Shown here: positions 24,738 to 36,950 of the stretch, piece by piece
Position numbering within the stretch: position 1 is the first letter of the stretch
Layout: the number at the start of each line of letters is the position of its first letter
Assembly: GCF_018350175.1 (NCBI RefSeq)
Contig: NC_058368.1
Location: 215,638,001-215,702,000 of the forward strand
Length of the DNA: 64,000 nt
Direction: 5' to 3'
Origin: Felis catus
Lineage: Eukaryota
The notes under the pieces: model-generated
Told to the model about the DNA's origin: nothing
The model's input: the letters and a program-made list of their open reading frames with translations, nothing else
The model's database searches: none
Position numbers and translations under genes: made by a program

Positions 24738-24900
24738 GTGGCACCTGGGTGGCTCAGTCGGTTGAGTGTCTAACTTCTGCTTGGGTTATTATCTCATGGT
24801 TCATGAGTTTGAGACCCACATCAGACTCTGCACTGACAGTGCAGAGGCTGCCTCGGATTCTCGCTCTTCCCCTCCCTCTCTCTTTCTCAAACAAACTTTA
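24738..24900 (+). mobile_element. CAN-SINE (short 3' part)
   Basis: GTGGCACCTGGGTGGCTCAGTCGG head; TSD AA(G/A)TGGTAAATA(A/C)TG. Confidence 0.93.
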
Positions 24901-24972
24901 CAAATGGTAAATACTGGACATATCTAAATAAGGTATTTCAAAAGTTATAAAGTTTAACATGATAATTTTAAT

Positions 24973-25240
24973 GGGGTGCCTAGATGTCTCAGTCAGTTGG
25001 GCATCTGACTCTTGACTATGGCCCAGGTCATAATCTTAGTTTGTGAGTTCAAGCCCCGTTTCAGGCACCACACAGTCAGTGCAGAGCCTGCTTAAGATTC
25101 TTTCCCTCTCTTCTCTCTGTCCCTCCCCAACTTGTTCTCTCCCTCTCCCTCTTCCTCCCTCCCATCACCCATTCTCTCTCTGCCCCTCCCCCACTTGTGC
25201 ATGCTCTCTCTTTCAAAGTAAATAAATAAATTGAATAAGA
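24973..25240 (+). mobile_element. CAN-SINE with a duplicated CT-rich domain
   Basis: GGGGTGCCTAGATGTCTCAGTCAG head; two CTCTCTG(T/C)CCCTCCCC(A/C)ACTTGT blocks. Confidence 0.92.
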
Positions 25241-25489
25241 ACACAGTAATTTTCAGAAGCTCTAGAAATGGAACGCTAAAGGAGAAAAAAAACATGTTAC
25301 TTTTCATCTTGTGTTGTTAGGTCACTCTTTTATGAAAATGTTTATATGAATTTTTACAAATAGAAAAATAACTCAAAAATTTGATAGAAAAGCATTAAGC
25401 TATATGCACACCACTGAGTTCTTTGAAAAATTATTTGAATGAGTATATTATTTTCTTATGTTAGTAATATAATTATCTCTGTGGTAAAT

Positions 25490-27690
25490 TTGAGTTACCA
25501 TGTTCTCAGCAGGCCATCTTTGCTGCAACTCTTATCACTGGGCATTGAAACACAATGAGGTATCCCAGTAATATATCTCTATTTTCATATAATTTCCCGT
25601 CCCTAGTGCAAATTAATAGCAGCAAATATATTTTCTCATAAGAGTGAATCACTGCTGCTCACTTATGATGGAAGAACTCAAAATGTGACAAGGAGGTAGC
25701 CATAGCTCGAGGTTAAGCGAAACTCTGTTTCTTGGTAGGAGCACTCTCTCTCGGGAACCACAATCTTTAGTTCACGAGAACCTAAAGTTACAAGCATGGG
25801 AAGTACAAATTGTCCATGTGAGTTAATGGAAATTACAGTGGGAGGACCAACTCCTACTTCAGCCTTAAGTTCCCGAATTCTTGTGCTCACAGAGCTACAT
25901 GAAGGCTGTCAGTTCAAAGTTCATGTGTCATCTTAAGGACAGCAGTCCAACCTGTGGTTTCTTCATAATCCTTGGTTGTATTTTAAGATCATTCCAAAGT
26001 TCTATTAAGCTTTCAGCTTCCAGACAATATACAGGGCCAGAGGAATTCATAGACATGTGCCATTGGCATACCTCATTTACCCTTGGTCTGAGATAGTATC
26101 AGGCAGGATGCTATGATGTTAGTCAAATGCTTGGAGTCCTAAGTTGGTGGTGTTGACTAAGGCTCTGTGTTGGTCTGTGACTGGCAGGTCTAACATACAA
26201 TAGAAGTCTCATGTATTGACTCCATCTCTGTCACCATATCTCATCCATTTCAAGTGCTTATAGTGCATCCACTAGGGAGACTGAAGGCAGGAAATAGCTG
26301 ATCTCCACTAAGAAAGACCACCTATGTAATTTTCCCAACCAGTAGCTCATCTGACTGTGGTCATTGCCTTTGGAAGCAATAACTGAGTGACATCCCCAGA
26401 CCTTCTCCATGGCTATCCCAAATGCATGATTTCCATTTTACCATGGATTGGTGGTATTTTCAATCAGTGTGACAGACTCACCGGGTCTGACTATACAGTT
26501 CACGTGTACCTGTGACCACATACTCACTTGCAGCTGTACTGTCAAGTGTTTATTATTTACTATGGCATTTAGTAGTCTTGAAGCTACTTTCAGATAGTAA
26601 TTCGCAATTGCAGATGGCAGGACCTAACTCTGGAACCCTAGGTGCCTAGAGTTGCCACTGTAACTCTCATATTAACACTTATAAGAAACTCTACACTGCA
26701 CTCCTATTTAACACGGGTACTTCCAGCTCCATGGGATTGGATAATTCAAGTGATCCAATAGATAAGACCATGTATGCTGAAGCCTGAACATGCTACAGAT
26801 CCTTTGTTCTGGCCCTATAGTTAACTCAGAGACCAAATCACTTGATGAATGGGCCCAATCTCTATTCTAAAATGTGCTATGGGCTCTCTCAAATTTAAGA
26901 GAACTGTAAATAAAGAGGCTTGTAAGTGCCTTTTGTTTATAGTTTTGTGTTTATTTGTTAGTTTTGGTAAAAGATATGAAGTACTATGTCTTTACCTTGG
27001 ATATTTCCGCATGCCCCACATAACCTCCCACCAAAAATCACCCAAGGTAATAGCCCTGTTTGTAAACTTTGTCTCCCAAGTTCTCACTTACATGTATTTT
27101 ATAAAGGCATCCAGGCTACCATGTGTTATCAGGTCCTATTCATATCACATCATCAACAGAATGGACTCATGACTATCTGTGGATGTCTATATAATCAAAG
27201 TCCATTTGTGCCATGGAGAGCAATGTGTCCCTAGGACATGATCATAAATATAAATTACTGTCCATAGCAGGTGGTTATGAAATACTCCTGTTTTCCCTTC
27301 TCAAAAGGGATTTGAGAGAACATATTTGCAAATCATCATCGGTTACCATGTGCTAGTAGGTGTACTGAACCTGTCTATTTAATCATACTACCTACACCAG
27401 AACAACAGTTCTTGTGCCTAAGGTTTGTTTACATTTATAGTAGCCAGATAGCTCCGAATTCATTTAATAGCATTCCCTATATTTCTTAAGTGCTTGAGGT
27501 ATTTTTTAAGTTGGCTCTACCAAATACTGTATCATAATTTCCATTGTTTATTGAGCCTTAGTAACCGAGGCACTTCAGCAAGCCAAGGATTTGTAATACT
27601 CCATTTACTACCAGCAATGCAGTCATTTCTACCACTTGTGCAACAAATTATCTGATTTCAACTTTCAGGATCTACTTCCTAAGACCTATT
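25490..27690 (-). mobile_element. ERVL internal region relic (leader/gag start, RT, RNase H region, dUTPase-like end), heavily deleted
   Basis: Minus-strand peptides VHSVDDVI*IGPD (YxDD box, 27128-27168), ANMFSQIP-like, GPEQ, PMELEV and GVGPPTVISINSHGQFVLPMLVTLGSRELKIVVPE resemble ERVL pol and dUTPase-like sequence. Confidence 0.8.
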
Positions 27691-28060
27691 GTGTTTCCAA
27701 CTCTTTTGATTTGGGTTTTCCTGTAAGCAGACATGGGTCAACAAAGATTTGAGGTCAGTTTATTTCTTTAGGAGCTTCCCCAACAAAACATTGGTAGGAG
27801 AGTGGGGAAGGGACAATGGGGAGGGGAAAAACAAAGCAATAAACTGCAATTAAACCAGTTACCGTGTATACCTGGAGGGCAGTATCTCTGAGGTATTCTG
27901 GGAACAATTTAGATATGCCTCAGTTCTTTTTACTAAGGGGTAAGAATTATGTGGCATTTATGCTCTAGCACCCTGGCTTGCCCTGAACTTGGACCAGTGC
28001 TCTCCTTAGCCCAGAAAAACACCTTTAAGCAAAGACCACAGGTATATTCCATATGAAACC
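27690..28060 (-). mobile_element. ERVL LTR (LTR33-like), 5' LTR of the provirus remnant
   Basis: TTGGGTTTTCCTGTAAGCAGAC...TTGGTAGGAGAGTGGGGAAG...CCAGTTACC...ATGCCTCAG; abuts the internal leader. Confidence 0.7.
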
Positions 28061-28475
28061 TTCATTCTGTAAAAGCATGGACCTCATGCTGTTAGTTTAT
28101 ACTACTAACACAGAATATAGGAGTTTGTTCAGAGACTGATCAAGGTTTAAGATTTGTGGGAGAAAAAAAAATACCATTTGTATAAAAAAGAAAATGAAAG
28201 GCAGAAAGAATTGGAAAGTTAGGGAAAGAGATTAAGTGATTAGATGGTATGATGTGGATGAAAGGACAGGAGTAGTGGAATGAATAGAGTTTATAAATAG
28301 AGTTACCGTCTAAGTCAAATAGAAAAATAGGTACTTCGGGGTCCCAAGTTAACTTGACACACTAGCTTTACACAGGTCTACAAATAGCATTAGGAAATTG
28401 ATAGAGACGCACAACCTAACTTGTATAATGATCATCATTGTTACTCATGAGATGGCTGAGGAAGCCATACACACT

Positions 28476-28528
28476 GGAGACATCAGGTTCATGCTTAGCA
28501 GGAGACATCAGGTTCATGCTTAGCAGGA
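28476..28528. repeat. Perfect 25-bp tandem duplication
   Basis: GGAGACATCAGGTTCATGCTTAGCA twice, followed by GGA. Confidence 0.97.
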
Positions 28529-29099
28529 AGAGGCGGATTTCTAAGACCATTAATCATGGATTTTGGAAGACCATTTTCATTTAATTATTGGTCTAGATTA
28601 GTGGGTTTTTTTGTATCTTTAAATTGTTTTGCTTTAAATCAACATTTCAGAAAACACGGTATTAAAAAACAAAAATCCAGGAGGGAAGTAGTCAGATACT
28701 AGATTAATGGGTGCTAACTTTCATAGAAATGTATGAAATCACCAAAGAAAAGAAGGCTGAGTGAGTCAAAAGGCATGTGCTTATTCTTTTGATCTGTATC
28801 CTCAGGCAAGAGGCAATGTTGTAATGCCTTGTATAGCTGTTCCATCATATATCTATTCTATTCTTATATATTTCCAATAAAAGGGAACAAGTGACCTAAC
28901 CATCACTGGAAGAATTCGATGTGTAGGTCACATAGCAAAAAATATATGAAAATAGACATGAAACTGAAGGAGAAATTGAAACATGTTAGGTGACTTTAAA
29001 AAGTTCATTTAGACAATTGCATAGGATATGGGCCTACCAGAGTGAATCCATTTAACGATACAGAATTAGCAAAGGTTGTATATGCCGTTAGGAAGGAAA

Positions 29100-29400
29100 A
29101 TAAACAAAACCGTGAACCCAGAGAGGCATATGAGTTAAAGGAATACATAGTGGCTGGGCAGATATCTTCTAATGGGGAATACACTGAATAGGTAGCCTGG
29201 GGTCAGAACACAAATGGCTTTGAAAGTATGCGGCTTAGAATTCACTCTGCAGGAAATGAGGAGTAACGGACTGCTTTTAAATAGAGGAGTGGCATGAATA
29301 GAAATAAGAATATTTGGGTTTAAGAGAAGGAGATGGCAAGATGCAAGGAGATCACATGCACATCCCAAGATTATTTGGCAGTGGAATAAACAGGATAGAG
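29100..29400 (-). mobile_element. L2 fragment
   Basis: GGTAGCCTGGGGTCAGA...TTCACTCTGCAGGAAATGAGGAG...TTTTAAATAGAGGAGTGGCATG. Confidence 0.6.
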
Positions 29401-32009
29401 GAGTCAGAATGGGATAAGAGAAAATATTTTAGAATAGTTGTTTTGAACCGGCCCTTTCATTATGCTCTTTCAAACTATGAAATTAAGTCCACCAGAAACA
29501 TCATGAATCTTATCCCATCCCTAGTTTCTATTTCATCTCTGACCCATGTAGCCATGTGAAAATGGATCCTGATTAAAATGTTATTCAGCCAGAGACCCAG
29601 CAATACCAGAATGCTAAAATCTTGTTTTGATCCAATATCCCTACTAGACTCCAAAAGGCATATCCCAAGAGGGCAAAAGCCAAGCTTCCTAACTGATCTT
29701 AGAACTTACCTGAGGATTCATACCAGTACGTATGACTTTTCAATGTGGAGTAAGTGGAGCAGATAATGTAACTTAAAAGCCTGTCACTGGCCTCTTCCTC
29801 CACGAAAGACCCGAACCTTGAGCATCCCTGCATTGGTCGTCACACTAGTATAAGAGGTGTTTAAATATTCACAAAAAATTTTGAAATGTTGATAGATTTT
29901 GGGTCCCCATGGTAGATCCCTCACTGCAAAACCTACTTCAATGCAAGCACCTCAAAAGGATAAGACACTTCAGAGAGAATAAAAAGGAACAAGTGACAAT
30001 TGTAGCTCCTTAAGAAGAGACAGAATTTTTATTTTAGAAAATTCCACGTATATAGCTCTTTAATAAAAGCTTCTGAAGTTGTTAGAATGTAGTAACTGAT
30101 TTTAAGTGTTCAGGCACATGCTTATTTGAGTCAATTAGACAGTCATTTTATGAACTATGCCCTGAGTTTGCAAGAGCTTTTATCTGTGAATGATTTGTCA
30201 AACATTTAGGAGAACAGCAACTACAAATGTTATTTTAAGATCTCCAAGAAATCTAACTTCTGTATACTGCAATATGCTAACTCAATGGACACACAAGGCA
30301 AAGTCTATCTTGGGTTTAGACATTCTAAACTTGCTAAATTCTCACATACCCTAAGATTTTTATTATATTTGCTTTTGTGTTTCCTGTTTCAGATTTGTAT
30401 TTGGAAATCACAAGATTAGTGTGCCAAAATAAAGTGTCACTATTTTTTCTAAAAGTACATAGAAATATTTTTGAACATTTCGTGTGATTAATACACTGGA
30501 GATTAGATGTTCGAATATTTGTTCTAGAAAGAGAATAAATTCTCTAAGGATTCTAAGAAATTAAAATTTTCTTTCAATAATATGGACTTTAAAATCTGTT
30601 GCTTCCCTCTTTCCTAGACCCAGTTTAATCAGGCTATTTTATTTTTGCCTGTATGTACATCTTTGTATATGTATGTGTATGCATTCTTCAGAACTCTGAT
30701 AGCACACTTAATATTTTTGTCCATGCTATAAGTGGAATTATGGCATATATGATGTTATATTGGACACAAAATGTTTTTTGTCTTAAAATTTAAACATAAG
30801 AAGCTATGGGTAAAGACAGAAGCTAAATATGTTTATTTAATTGAAAAGAATTCAGCAAGCTTCTATTAAAAAATGTATATTGTAATATCCCAGGAAATAC
30901 AAGAAGTTAAACAAAACAGACAAAGCCATCAGCAGTATTTTTTAATATTGTTGCTCAAAACTGATCTAGTTAAAGACAGTAAAATACAGATGGTCAAAGA
31001 AAATTAATTACTAACATGCAATGAAAAGAAGAATTAAAGCAATAAGATTATTACATGTTGGCATTTTGCCCATGGGGAAAATTTGAAGTACTTAATTAAA
31101 AAAAATGGCAACTTAAAATGTTGGCAACATATAAATTATATGCTTGAGCGCATTTCATCAATGCAAGTGAGGTATATTTTTTATGTGTAATTCTAGTATG
31201 CAGATTAAACTTTATTTGTATCTTACGCTATCTAAATAAACCTCCCTTTACTCTCCATTAATGTAAATTGCCTTAAAAAGACATTAGCTTTGACAATTTT
31301 AGTTAAAGTGGGCCACACCTGTGTTCAAGGCTCACTGGCTGGCACCATTCTTTAGTATGAAGTGGAAGATTCTGGAAGTTAATAACCGATAGTTAGAATT
31401 GCTGGAGATTGTGATCCAAGACGGTGATTATCCTGTTTTCTGGAAGTCCATTGGTAAACAGAATATCAACAAAAATAATTTACTCAGGTTTTTCCCCCCA
31501 AGGGACTAAAGTAGGAGTTTACGACCACAACCCAAACCAAAATCAAATTCTAAACTAAATATGACAACTTCTGACTTTATAATATAATCATAGGCTACTG
31601 ACATGGTGTAACTACCATTTGTCTAATAAAAAAGTAATTCAGTAACATTTTATTATGTTCACATTTTCTTTTTGAACATTATGTACGTTCCAGGAACCTT
31701 TGCCAACTCTTTCCCTAATGCATGAGGTTGAATAACTAACTTTAAAGAGAATAAATTTATGCCAGGAAACTACTAAAATTTTCTGTCCTGATTCCTGATT
31801 TATTAATTTTCAATAAAACAGTGCAGTCCCCAAATCCTGGTGTATTTATTCAATCCTCTTAGTTTCTCTGGTTTCTTTTTGCATGCACTCACATTCTCAG
31901 GATTAATGACACTACAAACAATGAGCTAAAAACTAGTTAGCAAAGTTCATCTACTAGGCAGGCTAAGGCTATACAGAAGGCTGTATTTTTTATTTTTATT
32001 TTTTATTTT

Positions 32010-32945
32010 CAGGTAAGATGATAAGAGAAGATATCTCTGAAGAGGTTGGAGTTTAAGAGACAGGTTACTAAAGATGACGAAGGACACAACGGCAAAGTTT
32101 TAGAACAGGCTTTCTGGCAGCATGAAGAAGAAACGCACAGACCCCAGTGACACAATATGCCTGTTTAAGGAGTAGCAAAATAGACTGTGGGTCTGGAGAA
32201 GAGTAACCAAGTAGGAGGGTTAATAGAGGAGAAGCCAAGTTATATAGGGTGTGGTGGACAATGGGAAAGACTTAAATTTTTATTCCCAGTGAGCTGTGAG
32301 GTTGGGAGGTTGTCTTAGGAGGAAAATAGCATGATCTAGTTGGGATTTTAGAAGACACCCCTGTTGTGTGAACAACGGATTGTAAGGAAACAGAAGTGGC
32401 AGCAGGGAGAAAATTAGGAACTTACTGCTCAGTGTGCATCAGAGCTGCTCTGGTTAATAAGGGTGCTGGTATAGGGGAGGTGGAGAAAGATCTGGATGGA
32501 AGATTGTGAAATTCAAAGTGACAAGATTTGCCAATAGACTACATTGAAAAGTGAGAAAAAGACTAACTTCGAGTTTTGAGATGCGAGTGGCTTGAGAAAT
32601 GACAATGCCATTTATGGAGTTAGGAAATGCTAGGAAAGCAGTATAGGTAGGTTAAGTTCATGACGCTTCAACATCCAAGACAGTCAGATGTAGGATTCTG
32701 GAGTCCAGGGAGGAGATTTCCACATGGGTGTTTAGGGATATCAACATATCTGGGGTAGACTGAGGAGATACTGGAACAAGGGGCTTAAATGGAGAAAAGA
32801 GAAAAGAGGTGACAACTAATTCTGAGAGATGCTGAACTCAACAGATTGGGATCTTAAAGATGGGAAGGGCTTATGAAGGAAGGATGAAAATGAAATCTTC
32901 AGGAGATAGGAGAAGAATCAGGAGCATTTGGTATTCTAAGGAATG
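32010..32945 (-). mobile_element. L2 fragment (about 0.9 kb)
   Basis: Collinear L2 blocks, e.g. TTTAAGGAGTAGCAAAATAGACTGTG, AGCATGATCTAGTTGGGATTTTAGAAG, CAAGATTTGCCAATAGACT, TTCTGGAGTCCAGGGAGGAG. Confidence 0.75.
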
Positions 32946-32954
32946 AAGGCTTTC

Positions 32955-33115
32955 AATCTTCATTTCATCCTTACAACTACTTTGTAGAAGAGAATAGCTA
33001 TTTTTATATTTTATTTATTAAAAAACACTGAGGATTCAGGAAGATATTTGGCATTTCAATTATTATAAAATTAGTTAATAATAACAATGTAACTAGAACA
33101 ATGCATTTTCTCAGG
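32955..33115 (-). mobile_element. MIR fragment
   Basis: CATTTCATCCTTACAAC...AAACACTGAGGATTCAG. Confidence 0.55.
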
Positions 33116-33710
33116 CCTAGACCAAAGCACCCTGAACTAAAAAGAAAAAAAAAGTCTTAAAATAAAGTTTAAACCCTATGATAGATTTTTAAGGAGAGAA
33201 AATTATTTGAGCTATCAGCAGACCTTAGTAAAAGCTTACATTTATAGCCTTTGAACAACGTACTTAAGTTTTATAGATGATCTATGCCTTTCCCAAAAGA
33301 GAGAAGGAAACCTACAGCTCATCATTCTTTTCATTCCAGGGTCAATATGTTTGAATCATTGCACTATGAAAAGTGGCCGTTCTATAATATACATCAGTAT
33401 AATTAAGAGTAGACAAAAGTAGGATTACTCATTTCATGGGTCAAATTCCACAGGGGGCTAGAAAATAGAGACAGTAATGTTAAACATTTTTAAAAGTATG
33501 GAGAGGTCAATAGATTATCCAAGAAATAAACCTATTTGAGAGAGATCAAAAGTATATTTAAACTACCAAATATGAACTAAGAAAATATTATGAAATCTAA
33601 CATTTTTTACCACAATTAATTTCTCTTAAAACATCAATATGATGAAAAATAGCTATTATAGTTTTTTTGCTATTATAGTTTTATATTAATCTTTAAAGTA
33701 AAAAAAATCA

Positions 33711-33905
33711 TGCTTATTTTTGAGAGAGAGAGTGTGTCAGAGCATAAGTGGGGGAGGGGCAGAGAGAGAGGGAGACAGAATCTGAAGTAGGTTCTAGGCT
33801 CTGAGCTGTCAGTACAGAGCCCGACACAGGGCTCGAACTCACAAACCATGAGATCATGAACTGAGCCAAAGTCGGACGCTTAACTGACTGAGCCACGCAG
33901 GTGCC
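33711..33905 (-). mobile_element. CAN-SINE
   Basis: Reverse head GAGCCACGCAGGTGCC. Confidence 0.95.
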
Positions 33906-34707
33906 TGAGAATTATTTAAATTATTTAAAATTTAAGCAGAATTTTTTAACGTGAAAAATGGGATAATTAGAAAAGTAAGTCACTCACTACCATTTATTAT
34001 ACCTGCAAATCTGATAGGTTAGTTTTATATTATTTTGTATTATTATGCCTAGGTTTACATTTTTAAAATGTAATTGATAGTAGTTCTATAAACATGATAT
34101 TTACCACCACCATTATTTCAACATTTATACATTCCTGAATTTGTCTTAGATGGTCTTCATTTTGTTAATAAAATACAAATGTTGCATGTACCTCTTTTCT
34201 GCAGCTTTAGAATTTCTATACATTCTTCAACAGTTGTAGAACTGGGTTCATTTCCCTTATGCACTGAATGGTATATATAAGAAAATCAATTCTAGTGTAG
34301 GAGGTTTTTTTTTCCCCCTCCTGCTGAAAGGTTTTGTTTTTTGAAAGTCAAAAAATAAGCTCTAGGTATTCTAGAGTTTTAGTATCTGAATCATTTTCTT
34401 GATGCAAAGTGCTTTTTCCCCACTGTAAATGAAAATTTCCCCTCATTAGAGGTAAATATTCTAGTAGCAAAAGTTTTAATCCTTTTTGAATTCTAATACA
34501 TTAATTTTATAATTCATAAGTACTGATAATCCTTATGCTGTATTGATATTTAGGGGTTTTGCTAGCTGGTTTAAAAAGTGTTACTCTATTCTGAATTCTC
34601 TATTTTCTATTAAGATGTCCTGGGTAAAACTTTTGGAATACTGTTCTATATAGATAGGTCAGAGTGAATTAGGTTATAGAATACCCCTTTAAGATATAAA
34701 AGGCGCA

Positions 34708-34910
34708 GAGCACCTGGGTAGCTCAGCTGGTTATGCGTCAGACTTCGTCTGATGTCATGATCTCACCATTCTGGAGTTGGAGCCCCAAGTCGGGCTCTGT
34801 GCTGACAGCTTGGAGCCTGGAGACTGCTTCAGATTCTATATCTCCCTCTCTCTCTGCCCCACCCCCACTCACGCTCTGTCTCTTAAAATAAAAAATGAAA
34901 CATTAAAAAA
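34708..34910 (+). mobile_element. CAN-SINE
   Basis: GAGCACCTGGGTAGCTCAG head, CT tract, A tail. Confidence 0.94.
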
Positions 34911-35533
34911 GTTTTGGTCAATATGGTCACTACTGAACATAGTATACACTAGTGATCAATAAATAACATGTTAAACTTCAAAGTTTGTGGCAAAACAAAC
35001 AAAAGCCTCACAGGACTTTCTGGTTAGAATTGCAGTAGCTTCCAAGAATAACTAATTTCTCAATATACATGTTAGATATGTAAGTCAGTCAACAACTGAA
35101 TTCTACCCAAGGTGTCATTTTTGGAAAAATGAAAAATAAATGATTACACTTATTTTGCTGTATTTTAAGACTGAGTTTGTGTAAGTTATGTGTGAAAATG
35201 CAGGTCCTTGCATACTAATATTGGGGAAAGGCAAGAGATAATTAAACCCTGAAAGGAAACAACTAAGGTAAATTCTTTCTGGTGACCATGGGCTCCAGAT
35301 TCTGGAGTTGAATGAGTGAGTAGGACAGTTTCATGGTATGAAGAAATTCTCACAGGTTCATCTTTAACTAATGTGGAGTAAAAATGGAATGCATGTAATA
35401 ATATTCCTTCTCTTTCTTCTGTGAACTGATTAGTTCCTTTAGGGTCTTTTTTGCATTGTTTCTGTATTTGTTTGGGTCATCTTTATTCTTCCGTTTGCTC
35501 TGATGACCCTACATCCTTAAATAAACATTACAA

Positions 35534-35742
35534 TTTTTTTTAAAAAAGATTAATTTCTGAGACAGAGAGACAGAGCATGAGTGGGGAAGGGGCAGAGAGA
35601 GAGGGAGACACATAATTAGAAGCAGGCTCCAGGCTCTGAGTTGTCAGCACAGAGCCCGACGTGGGGCTCGAACTCACAAACCATGAGATTATGACCTGAG
35701 CCGAAGTCGGTTGCTCAACTGACTGAGTTACCCAGGCGCCCC
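35534..35742 (-). mobile_element. CAN-SINE
   Basis: Reverse head GTTACCCAGGCGCCCC. Confidence 0.95.
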
Positions 35743-36124
35743 AAACATCCTTTAATCTTGATTGTATTTTCATATTTAAAGATAAAGGAGCAGTTTGATT
35801 AATGTTAATAGATAGTATCTCTTTCCTGAGTATGATGGAGTCCTAACCTAGGTGAATAGGAAGGAGTATAAACTTGAAGGCTTCCTCCTAGTGTTCACAG
35901 ACAGGCTGCCCACACAGATACAAGAAAGAATTTTATTCCAAATGTACAACCCTCACCCCTGGGAACCCAAGTTCCTACTACTTAGCTTGGTCAGGTTAAC
36001 CTGAAAGTATCTTATAGATTCAACTACTCTTGCTATTATGGGACCAGCCACTATTGCTGTATATAGTGAAGATATGTAATATCTGAACTTAAATGAAGGC
36101 TGAACTTAAATGAACTTCCTGCAG

Positions 36125-36950
36125 ATATTTTATTAATGTCTTAAGGATACTGTGAATAAAGTTGTTTAAATTTCCTTTTCAGACTGTTTATTGGTAGTAT
36201 ATAGAACTATTTTTATACTGATTTTATACCATAAAATGTTCAAATTGTTTCAGTTCTTAGTTTTATTGTGAATCCCTTTGGATTTTCTAGATTATCATGC
36301 AAATTGCAAATAAAGACAGGGTTACTTCTTTCTAAGACAGATTAGAATATTAGTTCGTAATTTCTTTCATTTTAATTTCCTTCCTTATTGCACTTGCTCA
36401 AACTTCTAGGAAAATGTAGATTAGAAGTGGGGAGAATCTTAATAGTAAAAATGAATGATTTTCTTTTAAATGAGATGTAAATTAAGTTTTTTGTAGGTTC
36501 CTTTTAGTAAGTTGAGAAGTTAGCTTTTAGTCTTTTTGTGGTTAGAATATTTATCATTAACGTATGTGAAATTTGTGACTTTTGTGCATCTACTGAAATG
36601 GTCAGGTAGCTTTCTTCCTTTATTAGTATGAAGTATTATATTGATTCAGATGTTACATCAAATTTGCATTCCTGGGATAATCGTGCTTGAGCATGCTGTT
36701 GTTTAACCTTTTATAACTTGCTGAATTTGGTTTGCCCTTATTTTTGAGCATATATGTTCCCATACTCGAGAGACATTGGTGAGTTTTATGTTATTTCTTT
36801 GTCTAGCATTGGTATTGGATTAATACTGGCTTGAAGGAATGAGTTGGAAGATATTTCCTACTTCTATTTTCTGAAAGAATGTGTGAAGGATTTATGTCCT
36901 ATGGATGTTTTTGGTAGACTCAACAGAAAAACCCTCTTGTCTCAGTTTTT
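36125..36950 (-). mobile_element. Old LINE-1 ORF2 (RT region) relic
   Basis: Antisense L1 blocks TTTGCATTCCTGGGATAA, TAATACTGGCTT...AATGAGTTGGAAG, TTTTCTGAAAGA. Confidence 0.8.

Noticed and set aside
25678..27234. Short ORFs as host genes or an intact retroviral gene
   Set aside because: They are fragments or antisense frames of a decayed ERVL pol region with in-frame stops.
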